The notes under the pieces: generated by a model
What the model was told of the DNA's origin: nothing
Databases searched by the model: none
Seen by the model: the letters and a program-made list of their open reading frames with translations, nothing else
Part shown: piece by piece, positions 42,698 to 50,538 of the stretch
Layout of the letters: every line of letters starts with the position of its first letter
Position numbering within the stretch: position 1 is the stretch's first letter
Source of the DNA: Gemmatimonadota bacterium
Lineage (GTDB): Bacteria > Gemmatimonadota > Gemmatimonadetes > Gemmatimonadales > GWC2-71-9
Length of the DNA: 64,000 bases
Direction: 5' to 3'
NCBI GenBank assembly: GCA_003222115.1
Contig: QHUL01000069.1
Location: 12,417-76,416 of the forward strand
Program-made: the position numbers and the translations under genes

Positions 42698-44655
42698 CAG
42701 TAGGGTTCCTCCGATATCGGATTGAGCGGCGGCACGACGTGGCGCGGCCGCGGCGCCGCCGGCGCGATGCGGGTGCCCAGCGCCTTCCGGAAATACGCCA
42801 GAGCGTCCTCCGGCCGCGCGCGCCGCACCCCAGCCAGGGCGCGCCGTACATCCTCCGCCGTGCGATCGGTGATCAAGTCCTTGACCTGGTTCGGCCGGAT
42901 GCGCCGATCCAGCTGCACCAACTGGCGGACGACGGCGTCCTCGAACGGCAGGTCGGCCGCCGGCGGGAAGCGCTCCACGCCGTCCCGGCCGCGCAGCGGC
43001 GCGGGCCGCGGAAAGCGCACGAAGATGGGTTGGGTGAAGTGCGGGTGACGCACCATCAGCTCACCGATCGGCAGCGTGGCGAGCTTGATCTTGGTCGCGG
43101 GCGAGAGCACCTGATAGCCCGGCGTGGCCAGCTCGTCCATGTCCATGCGACCGTACACCAGCGTGCCCGCGTTGCCCACGATGCGCCGGTGCACCTGCGA
43201 GCGAAACTGCTCCGCCCCGAACAGCACCAGGCCCAGGTACCGTCCCCGCTCCGAGATGTCGAGCAGCATCTTCTTCACGTACGTCTCGGGACCGTCGGCG
43301 GGGGCGTACTTGTTCAACTCGTCGACGAACACCACGACCGCGTCCACACCCAGGTCGCGTCGCTCGAGGTGCTCGCGCAGCTTCGATACGACGCGCGCAA
43401 AGACGAGGTCCTGGCCGAGTGGGTCCACGTTTGCCACGTCCACGACGTACACCGTGCGGTCCTGGAGCTCGCCCCAGGGCAGATCGTTCGAGGGGCCGTC
43501 GTCCGTGACCAGCCCCTTGCAGCGGGTCGAGATGTTGGCGAGGCGGTTGCGCACCTTGCGGATGGTGGCGATGTGATGGGTGCGCCACATGTCGCTCCGT
43601 CCCGTCGCCTCGAGCCCGTCGAAGATCGCCCGGAAGAGCGCGTCGAGATCCGCGAAGTTTTGCACGCGGTGCTGCCGGCCGAAGCCGTCGTCGAACTCCT
43701 TGTTGAGCACCCGGTCGGCGAGAAAGTCGATGAACGCGTCGGCCTTGGCGTCGATGTCGTCGCGGTTGAGGAGCACCTCGGCGAAGTCCAGGACCTCCTG
43801 CAGGCCCCACACCAGCGCGTCCACGTCGCTCACCAGATCGGGATGGGTGCGCAGCGTGTTGAGGTTCACGCCGTCCGCCTTGAACGGCGCGAAGTAGCGC
43901 ACGCGCTCGAACGGGCGCGGCTCGACGTCCAGCCGCGCGTAGCGGCGCCGGTCTTCCGCGTCCAGCTCGCCCGGCCGGTCGAGGAAGCAGAGGTCGGGCC
44001 CCTTCACATTGAAGCACACCGCGGCGATGCGTCCCTTGTGGGCGGGAAAATGCCGGAACACGGACGCGAGCAGGAACTCGACGGCGCTCGTCTTGGTCGC
44101 CAGCCCCGAGACACCGGAGATGTTCAAGTGCGCCGCCTCGGGGCCCAGCAGGAAGTCGGCGTCGAGGTAGACCGGCGCCTCCAGTCCGCCCGAGGTGTAG
44201 AGGCCGATCGGGATCGGCGTGGGCTGCGCTCCGCCCACATACGCATCCATCCGCAGGGCCTGCGCCACGTCAGCGTCGCCCGCCACGTGCACCTGACCGA
44301 GCGGCACGGGTTGGAGCGGCTCCTCCGGGATCTGCCGCAGCACCGCCGCGGTCCACAGCCGAATCTCCTGGCGCACGGTCGGCGCCTCCGCCGCGCGCGC
44401 CGGGTCCCCTTCGGCACCCACGACGTCGTGGAGCGGAGTGGCCAGGTCCGAATAGGCGAACCCGTCCGTCACGACGCCGTACACTACACGCCCTACGCCC
44501 AACGCCCCACGCTCCGACGCTTCGACCCGGACGATGGCCCCGATACCGATGGTGGTTTCGTTCGCAGTCCAGAAGTGGAACTGGTGCGGCGTCGCCGGCT
44601 TCAGCTCGGTGGCGACGACGCGGCCGACTGGAATAGGACGGCTCTTGTCGATCAT
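42697..44655 (-). CDS. herA: HerA-like (DUF87) ATPase
   Basis: ATG 44655 overlaps the nurA stop. HAS-barrel-like N-terminus. P-loop region ISGVSGLATKTS and Walker B VVVFVDELNKY. Confidence 0.75.
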   Translation of the reverse strand: MIDKSRPIPVGRVVATELKPATPHQFHFWTANETTIGIGAIVRVEASERGALGVGRVVYGVVTDGFAYSDLATPLHDVVGAEGDPARAAEAPTVRQEIRLWTAAVLRQIPEEPLQPVPLGQVHVAGDADVAQALRMDAYVGGAQPTPIPIGLYTSGGLEAPVYLDADFLLGPEAAHLNISGVSGLATKTSAVEFLLASVFRHFPAHKGRIAAVCFNVKGPDLCFLDRPGELDAEDRRRYARLDVEPRPFERVRYFAPFKADGVNLNTLRTHPDLVSDVDALVWGLQEVLDFAEVLLNRDDIDAKADAFIDFLADRVLNKEFDDGFGRQHRVQNFADLDALFRAIFDGLEATGRSDMWRTHHIATIRKVRNRLANISTRCKGLVTDDGPSNDLPWGELQDRTVYVVDVANVDPLGQDLVFARVVSKLREHLERRDLGVDAVVVFVDELNKYAPADGPETYVKKMLLDISERGRYLGLVLFGAEQFRSQVHRRIVGNAGTLVYGRMDMDELATPGYQVLSPATKIKLATLPIGELMVRHPHFTQPIFVRFPRPAPLRGRDGVERFPPAADLPFEDAVVRQLVQLDRRIRPNQVKDLITDRTAEDVRRALAGVRRARPEDALAYFRKALGTRIAPAAPRPRHVVPPLNPISEEPY

Positions 44656-45641
44656 GACCCCGTCTTCGGGAGGCGGGACCCGGCCGCCGGGAGCAGGTCC
44701 CTTGGCGCGCGGCTCCGCAGGTAGGTCTCCACGTCGTGTATAGGATACAACAGGCGGTCCCAGCGCGCGTCGGGCGTGGAGACCGGGGCGCGCTCGCGCA
44801 GCAGCCATCCGGACAGCGCCGTGGCCTGCGCGACGCTCGCGGGGTGGGGGCGCGCCTCGATACGGAGCAGCCCGTAGAGCAGGTCGTTGCCCTGCCACGG
44901 CCACAGCCGCAGATACCAGGAGTACACCGGTTGGTGCTGGTGCCCCAAGGGCCGAAACGCGCTGGTCCGGTGGTCGGCCGGCACGGTGAGCGCGCGCTCG
45001 AGCGCCGCGCCTTCAAAGTATTGCGCGCCGTGGCTCTTGATCACGCCCAGCACCCGTGGATGCTCGGCGAGCACGCGGGACTCGGACAGGAGGCCGTCCA
45101 CGACGAGCCACTCCTCCGGGCCGAGCCGCCCGGCGCAACGCTCACCCAGCTCCCGCTCCACGTCCTCGCGCGCGCGATCCACGCGCCCGTGCGCCGCGCG
45201 CAGCGCCCTGCCCGGCTGCCCCGTCTCGTCCGCCGCGAGATCGACGATCTCCACGCCGGCCTCCTCGAGCGCGCGGCGCACGGGCGCAGACAGGGCCGCG
45301 AGCCGGGTGATCACGAGCTCGCGCGTCGCTTCGTCCGCGGTCCGCGGCCGGCGGTCGGGCCCGCGCCGCCGTACGGCCGCCGCGACGTGGGCGCGCACGA
45401 TCGGCGTCGCGCCGTCATAGCCTACGACGGCCCACCGCTGGATGCCGTCCAGGAACGAAATCACGGGGCCCGGCGCGGCCGCGAGGGGGACCGGGTGCAG
45501 CTCGAGGGCCGCTCCTTCCACCAGCTCCGCCCCTGCGGGCTCGAGCGCGTCGCTGCGACCCGTGCTCGCCTCCGGCACGTAGGCCGCCCGCACCGCTCCG
45601 GCGGCGACGATCGCCTCGGTCCAACGTCGGGGCGGCGTCAT
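44652..45641 (-). CDS. nurA: NurA-like nuclease
   Basis: FLDGIQR, LVVDGLLS, VIKSHG, WYLRL, LYPIHDVETYL follow the order of NurA motifs. Directly coupled to herA. Confidence 0.6.
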   Translation of the reverse strand: MTPPRRWTEAIVAAGAVRAAYVPEASTGRSDALEPAGAELVEGAALELHPVPLAAAPGPVISFLDGIQRWAVVGYDGATPIVRAHVAAAVRRRGPDRRPRTADEATRELVITRLAALSAPVRRALEEAGVEIVDLAADETGQPGRALRAAHGRVDRAREDVERELGERCAGRLGPEEWLVVDGLLSESRVLAEHPRVLGVIKSHGAQYFEGAALERALTVPADHRTSAFRPLGHQHQPVYSWYLRLWPWQGNDLLYGLLRIEARPHPASVAQATALSGWLLRERAPVSTPDARWDRLLYPIHDVETYLRSRAPRDLLPAAGSRLPKTGS

Positions 45642-46345
45642 CGCGTCCGCAGCGCCCAGCCGATGTAGCTCACGCTGAGATCGTCCGTCAGCTGGGGAAA
45701 CCCCTTCATCTCCTGCACCACGAGGTCGTTCCGGCCCAGCCGCTCCGCCAGCTCCTCCGGCGTGACGAACCGCGCGAACTCGTGGAACCCCTGGGGCAAG
45801 GTCTGGTGGACGTACTCCTCCTCCCAGATCAGCCGCAGGAACGCCGCGATCGTGCGGTTGTGGGTGACGAACCCGAGTCCGCCGCCCGGTGCCAGCACGC
45901 GGGAGATCCCGGCGATCGCGCTCTCGAGGTCGTCCACGTGCTCCAGGACGTCGGTCGCGAAGACGAGATCGAAGTGGCCGGCGAAGTTGCCCGCCACCAA
46001 GCTCTCGGCGGTTGCCGATCTGTAGTCAATGGTCAGCCCGGACTGCGCGGCGTGCTCGCGGGCCACGGCCAGCGATTTCTGCGACGGGTCGATCCCCGTG
46101 ACATTGGCCCCTTCCGCCGCGAGCGACTCGGCGAGGATGCCGCCGCCCGAGCCGACGTCCAGAACGCGCTTCCCCCGGAAGCCGCCGAGCACGCTCCGAA
46201 AGTACGCGACGCGGGCGACGTTCAGCTGGTGCAACCCCGCAAGAGGGCTCGCACTGCCCCACCACAGATCGGGGATCCGCTGGAGCAGGCGATCGTACTT
46301 GTCGGGCACCGCAAGTCCTTCGAGCCGCGGGAGTTGACCGCTCAT
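45638..46345 (-). CDS. ubiG: UbiG-like class I SAM-dependent O-methyltransferase
   Basis: LWWG...LHQLN, VLDVGSGGGILAE, VTGIDPS, DVLEHVDD, LPQGFHEF...TPEEL. Confidence 0.65.
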   Translation of the reverse strand: MSGQLPRLEGLAVPDKYDRLLQRIPDLWWGSASPLAGLHQLNVARVAYFRSVLGGFRGKRVLDVGSGGGILAESLAAEGANVTGIDPSQKSLAVAREHAAQSGLTIDYRSATAESLVAGNFAGHFDLVFATDVLEHVDDLESAIAGISRVLAPGGGLGFVTHNRTIAAFLRLIWEEEYVHQTLPQGFHEFARFVTPEELAERLGRNDLVVQEMKGFPQLTDDLSVSYIGWALRTR

Positions 46346-46974
46346 CCGGAGACCTTCACGCCCACCACGAGGCCGTCCCGGATCGGCACGGCGGCGGCAA
46401 CGACGCGCGGGTCCGTCGCCGCCAGGCGGTTGAAGGCGCGCACCCCCTCGGCGTCCGGGCTCGTGTCCGTGGGATCCACGACCGCGCCATGGAAGAACGC
46501 GTTGTCGCACAGCAGCAACCCACCGTCACGCAGCAGCTTGAGGCTCCACTCGAAATATTGCGGCAGCGGCGCCTTGTCGGCGTCCAGGAAGACCGCGTCG
46601 AACCCAGGGGTGAGCGTGGGGAGGAGGTCGAGTGCCGACCCTTCGAGCAGCTGCACTCGCGGCGCCACGCCCGCTTCGGCGTAGGCCCGGCGCGCCAACG
46701 CGGCGTGGCGCGGGTCTTTCTCGATGGTCGTGAGACGACCGTGCGGCGGCAGCGCGCGGGCCAGCCACACGCCGGAATATCCCGCGAGCGCCCCGAGCTC
46801 CAGCACGCGCGTCGCGCCCACGGCGCGTAGCAGCACGTGGAGCAACTTCCCCTCGTCGGCGGAGATGTAAATGGCGGGCAAGCCGAGCGCCTCGTGCCGC
46901 GCCCGGATGGCGGCGAGGACAGCATCTTCAGGGGCGAACAGCTCGGTGGTGTAGCGCGCGAGCCGCTCGTCCAC
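46342..46974 (-). CDS. Family-3 O-methyltransferase (caffeoyl-CoA OMT-like)
   Basis: GTG 46974 lies just after the upstream stop. VLELGALAGYS, TIEKDP, FDAVFLDADK, GGLLLCDN. Confidence 0.7.
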   Translation of the reverse strand: MDERLARYTTELFAPEDAVLAAIRARHEALGLPAIYISADEGKLLHVLLRAVGATRVLELGALAGYSGVWLARALPPHGRLTTIEKDPRHAALARRAYAEAGVAPRVQLLEGSALDLLPTLTPGFDAVFLDADKAPLPQYFEWSLKLLRDGGLLLCDNAFFHGAVVDPTDTSPDAEGVRAFNRLAATDPRVVAAAVPIRDGLVVGVKVSG

Positions 46975-46976
46975 GC

Positions 46977-47492
46977 TCAGGCGGTGACCTCGACGTTCGG
47001 GAAGGGGGGCACCTCCAAGAACCACAAGCCGGCGAGGCGCGACTGCTTGTCCAGCTCGACGAGGACGTGGTCGGCGATGCGCACGACCATCGCGGCGCGC
47101 GTTCGCCCCACCCGGATGTGCAGCACGGACTCGGTGTGGTTCTTCTCGACTGTGAGCGCCGTGTCCACCTCAACCGCGGCCACGTTCGGTTGCGACTTGC
47201 GGCTCGCGAAGACGACGCGGCCTTCCTTCGTGGGCTCCGGCACCACCAGCGCGTCGACGGTGCGGACGTCGTCCGGCCAGCTGACCACTTCCACGCCGCG
47301 CAGCACGCCGCCCGCCACGTCGAGCAGCACGAAGGACCCGTCGTCGCCCTCCAGGTCCACCGTCCCGTTGAGCCCGCTCGCCTTCGCCACGCCCTTGCAG
47401 GCCACCGAGAGAATGTCGGTCTCGGGGTCCCAGCGATAGCTGACCTTGGGGAGCTTCCCGTCGAGTGGTTCGATGCGTGTCTCGAAGCTCAT
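46977..47492 (-). CDS. Hypothetical protein (DUF2283-like YxxDxExDxL segments)
   Basis: ATG 47492. VSYRWDPETDILSV. First gene of the long minus-strand operon. Confidence 0.45.
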   Translation of the reverse strand: MSFETRIEPLDGKLPKVSYRWDPETDILSVACKGVAKASGLNGTVDLEGDDGSFVLLDVAGGVLRGVEVVSWPDDVRTVDALVVPEPTKEGRVVFASRKSQPNVAAVEVDTALTVEKNHTESVLHIRVGRTRAAMVVRIADHVLVELDKQSRLAGLWFLEVPPFPNVEVTA

Positions 47493-47527
47493 GCGGACGT
47501 CGCCTTCCTGTGGTACGGGAGGGGGGG

Positions 47528-47534
47528 TAATATA
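47528..47534. promoter_or_regulatory. AT-rich TAATATA island in the divergent promoter region
   Basis: The only AT-rich hexamers in the 70-nt gap between divergent starts 47492 and 47563. Candidate -10 boxes on both strands. Confidence 0.25.
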
Positions 47535-47562
47535 GGCGCCACCTCCGAGGGGGGCTAGGACG

Positions 47563-48801
47563 ATGGAGCGGCGGGAGTTCTTGATGGTAGCCGGGGCGGT
47601 CGCGGCGGCGTGGCCAACGCGGAAGGCGGAAGTCGGAACGCGGAACTGGGAGCCGGACGACTCGTTCCGCGTTCCGCGTTCCACGTTCCGCGTTGCCCCC
47701 ACCCAGGAGCCCGCCCTCTCCCGCGACGTCTTCGCCCGCCGGCTCGCCCGGGCCCAGCAGGAGCTGCAGGCGCGCAAGACCGATCTCCTCATTGCCACGC
47801 CGGGGACGAACTACGAGTACCTCACGGGCTACAACCCCGGCCGCAGCGAGCGGCTGATCGCGCTGCTCCTCCCCGCCAGGGGCGACCCCACGATCGTCTG
47901 CCCCAGCTTCGAGGTCGAGCGGATCCGGCAGCACAGCGTGGTGGCCGCCACCCGCGGCTGGGAGGAGCAGGACGACCCCTACCGCCTGGTGCGGCAGGCG
48001 GTCCGGGAGATGAGGCTCAGCGCGCGGGCCGTGGCGCTGGAATCGACCACCGCCTACGCCGTCGCCTTGCGGCTCGCGGAGGCCCTTGGCGGGAAATTCG
48101 CGGATGCCGCCCCGATCACCGATCGGCTGCGCATCATCAAATCCCCCGAAGAGGTCGCGCTGATCCGTCAGGCCATCGACATCACGGAGGCGGCGATCGC
48201 CGCGACGTTCGCGAAGCTCGCGGCGGGCGCGAGCGAGCGGGAGGTGGCCCAGCTGCTGTCGGGTGAGATGCGGCAGCGCGGCGCCGAGGGAGGCGGCCTG
48301 GTCCAGTTCGGGCCCTCCAGCGCGCTGCCGCACGGCGGGCCCGGCGGCCCGACGCTGGCGCGGGAGATGGTGGTGCTGATCGACTGCGGATGTCGCGTCG
48401 CCGGCTACACGTCCGACATCACGCGCACGACGTGGTTCGGGGACTCCCCGGTGCCGGAGTTCACGCAGGTGTTCAACCTGGTGCACGACGCGCAGACGGC
48501 CGCCATGCAGCAGCCCCCGCTCACGCCATGCCAGGAGATGGACCGGGTGGCGCGCCGCGTGATCGCGCAGGGCGGCTTCGGCCCCTTCTTCACCCACCGC
48601 CTTGGCCACGGCATGGGCCTGGACGGTCACGAGCCCCCCTACCTCGTGGAAGGCAACGCCACGCCGCTCGAGCCCGGCATGGTGTTCACCATCGAGCCGG
48701 GGATCTACCAGCTCGGCAAGTTCGGCGTACGGATCGAGGACGATTGCGTGATGACCGAACGCAACATCGAGGTTCTATCTCACAGAGCGGCCAAGCTCTA
48801 A
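47563..48801 (+). CDS. M24-family Xaa-Pro peptidase with Tat-type signal
   Basis: MERREFLMVAGAVAAAW. DCGCRVAGYTSDITRT, HRLGHGMGLDGHE, EPGIY, RIEDD. No usable start codon downstream of the internal hairpin. Confidence 0.85.
   Translation: MERREFLMVAGAVAAAWPTRKAEVGTRNWEPDDSFRVPRSTFRVAPTQEPALSRDVFARRLARAQQELQARKTDLLIATPGTNYEYLTGYNPGRSERLIALLLPARGDPTIVCPSFEVERIRQHSVVAATRGWEEQDDPYRLVRQAVREMRLSARAVALESTTAYAVALRLAEALGGKFADAAPITDRLRIIKSPEEVALIRQAIDITEAAIAATFAKLAAGASEREVAQLLSGEMRQRGAEGGGLVQFGPSSALPHGGPGGPTLAREMVVLIDCGCRVAGYTSDITRTTWFGDSPVPEFTQVFNLVHDAQTAAMQQPPLTPCQEMDRVARRVIAQGGFGPFFTHRLGHGMGLDGHEPPYLVEGNATPLEPGMVFTIEPGIYQLGKFGVRIEDDCVMTERNIEVLSHRAAKL
47616..47694. repeat. Tandem-heptamer hairpin (units CGCGGAA/GGCGGAA/GTCGGAA) inside the M24 CDS
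   Basis: Arms 47616-47646 and 47664-47694, about 27 of 31 complementary. Translated as TRKAEVGTRNWEPDDSFRVPRSTFRV. Confidence 0.9.
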
Positions 48802-49196
48802 CGGGGACGAGGGACGGGGGACGAGGGACGGGGTGACTCCCGACGACGCTGTAGGGTAAATACCAGTCCGATCAGCAATCCGACCTCTCGATTGGCAAGC
48901 TTCAACGAGTCTTGCACGTCGGTGGCCGCGGCAAGGTGCAAATCAGCGACCAACTCAAGATGAGTGCATAACTCCGTGGCCGAACCCAGCGCGATCCGGA
49001 GAAACCGGACGAACTGTGGGGTCGTTCCGAGCGCGTATCCCTCAGCGATGTTGGCAGGAACCGCCGCGGAAGCGCGGCGAATCTGATCCGACAGTCCAAA
49101 GTGCCGGCTGAGAGGCGCGTGCAGCGTCAAACGATAGGCCCGGCGAGACAGCTCCCGCCCGCAGTTCCATGCCTCGAGGGAATTGAGCTTGTTCAC
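48798..49196 (-). CDS. Four-helix-bundle protein (23S rRNA intervening-sequence protein family)
   Basis: GTG 49196. SLEAWNCGRELS..., SDQIRRASAAVPANIAEGY, FLRIALGSATEL. The C-terminal tail ESPRPSSPVPRPR is read from the repeat arm. Confidence 0.8.
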   Translation of the reverse strand: MNKLNSLEAWNCGRELSRRAYRLTLHAPLSRHFGLSDQIRRASAAVPANIAEGYALGTTPQFVRFLRIALGSATELCTHLELVADLHLAAATDVQDSLKLANREVGLLIGLVFTLQRRRESPRPSSPVPRPR

Positions 49197-49298
49197 CCGG
49201 GAAATCTGGGGAACCGATCGTCAGACTGAGAACCCTTTACCCGCAGTCAGGGCCGATCTCGTGCAGGACCCGTCTCCCGTCCCACGTCCCCCGTCCCA
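48802..49298. mobile_element. Inverted-repeat-bounded cassette carrying a four-helix-bundle gene (IVS-like element)
   Basis: Arms 48802-48835 (GGGACGR units) and 49270-49298 are complementary. The interior has A/T3-richer codons. The cassette exactly fills a stop-to-stop gap. Confidence 0.6.
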
Positions 49299-50486
49299 TC
49301 AATCCCCCAGCTTCTTCGCGAACGTAACAAGGCGATCCAGGGCCTTCACGATGCCGTCCGTCGCGGCCGCATACGACAGCCGCACGTAGCGGTCGTCCCC
49401 GAACGCCGCGCCGGGGACCAGCGCCACGCCGGACTGCGTGATGAGCCGGGTGCAGAACTCGGTGCCGCTCGTCCCCCCGAGCGAGTCGACGCGGAAGAAG
49501 AAGTAGAAGGCGCCGAGCGGCTCGACGAACTCGATCCCGGGGAGCTCCTGGCGGAACCGGCCGACGACCAGGTCGCGCCGCCTCCGGAACTCGGCCACCA
49601 TGCGGGTCACGTCGTGCTCCACCCGCTCGTCTCCCAGGGCCGCCGCCGCGGCGTACTGCGCGGGGTGGTTCGCGCCGGTGGTGGTGTGCGACTGCAGCGC
49701 CGCCATCGCCCTGGCGATCGTCCCCGGGGCGAGCGCCAGGCCGATCCGCCACCCGGTCATCGCGTACGCCTTGCTGACGCCGTAGACGACGACCACCCGC
49801 TCCAGCAGCTCGTCCGGCAGGTCCAAGAACGACGGCGCCGGACCGGTGCCGTAGTGGATGCGGCGGTAGATCTCGTCCGCGATGACCCACACGCCGCGCT
49901 TGCGGGCCCATTCGGCGATGGCCCTGATCTCCCCGTGCGTGTAGACGCCGCCCGTCGGGTTGCAGGGCGAGCAGAGCATGAGCCCCTGCGCGCCGGGCAC
50001 GACCCGGTCCAGATCCTTGACGCTCAGCTTCAGGCTCCACTCGGGGTCCCCCGACACGAGCACCGGACGGGCGCGGGCGAGGTGCACGATCTGCGGGTAC
50101 GAGACCCACGCGGGGGCGGGGATCGCCACGACCTCCCCGGGCCCGAACAGCGTGAAGCACGCGTTAAAGAGCGACTGTTTCGAGCCGCTGGACACCACGA
50201 TGTGATCGGCGTTGACGGGCCGCCCGCCGGACAAGAGGGACAGGTGTTTCGCCGCCGCGGCGCGCAGCTCGAGGATCCCCTCCGTCGCCGGGTAGTGCGT
50301 CTTCCCCTCCTTGATGGCCCGGATGCCGGCGTCCGCCGGAATCGACGGCGTGGGGAAGTCCGGCTCGCCCGCGCCCAGGTCGATGACGTCCTCGCCTGCC
50401 GCCCGGCGCCGCTTCGCCTCCTGCGAAATCGCGATCGTGGCCGACGTCTCGAGGTGCTGGAGGTTGGGGGAGAGTCCCTGGGTCAT
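49299..50486 (-). CDS. Aspartate/aromatic aminotransferase (class I)
   Basis: GEPDFPTP, SPCNPTG, YGVSKAYAMTGWRIG (PLP lysine). Confidence 0.88.
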   Translation of the reverse strand: MTQGLSPNLQHLETSATIAISQEAKRRRAAGEDVIDLGAGEPDFPTPSIPADAGIRAIKEGKTHYPATEGILELRAAAAKHLSLLSGGRPVNADHIVVSSGSKQSLFNACFTLFGPGEVVAIPAPAWVSYPQIVHLARARPVLVSGDPEWSLKLSVKDLDRVVPGAQGLMLCSPCNPTGGVYTHGEIRAIAEWARKRGVWVIADEIYRRIHYGTGPAPSFLDLPDELLERVVVVYGVSKAYAMTGWRIGLALAPGTIARAMAALQSHTTTGANHPAQYAAAAALGDERVEHDVTRMVAEFRRRRDLVVGRFRQELPGIEFVEPLGAFYFFFRVDSLGGTSGTEFCTRLITQSGVALVPGAAFGDDRYVRLSYAAATDGIVKALDRLVTFAKKLGD

Positions 50487-50538
50487 GCGCCACGATACCC
50501 ACGCACCGTCTCCGCGCGCAACGGTCTGCGGGCCGAGG

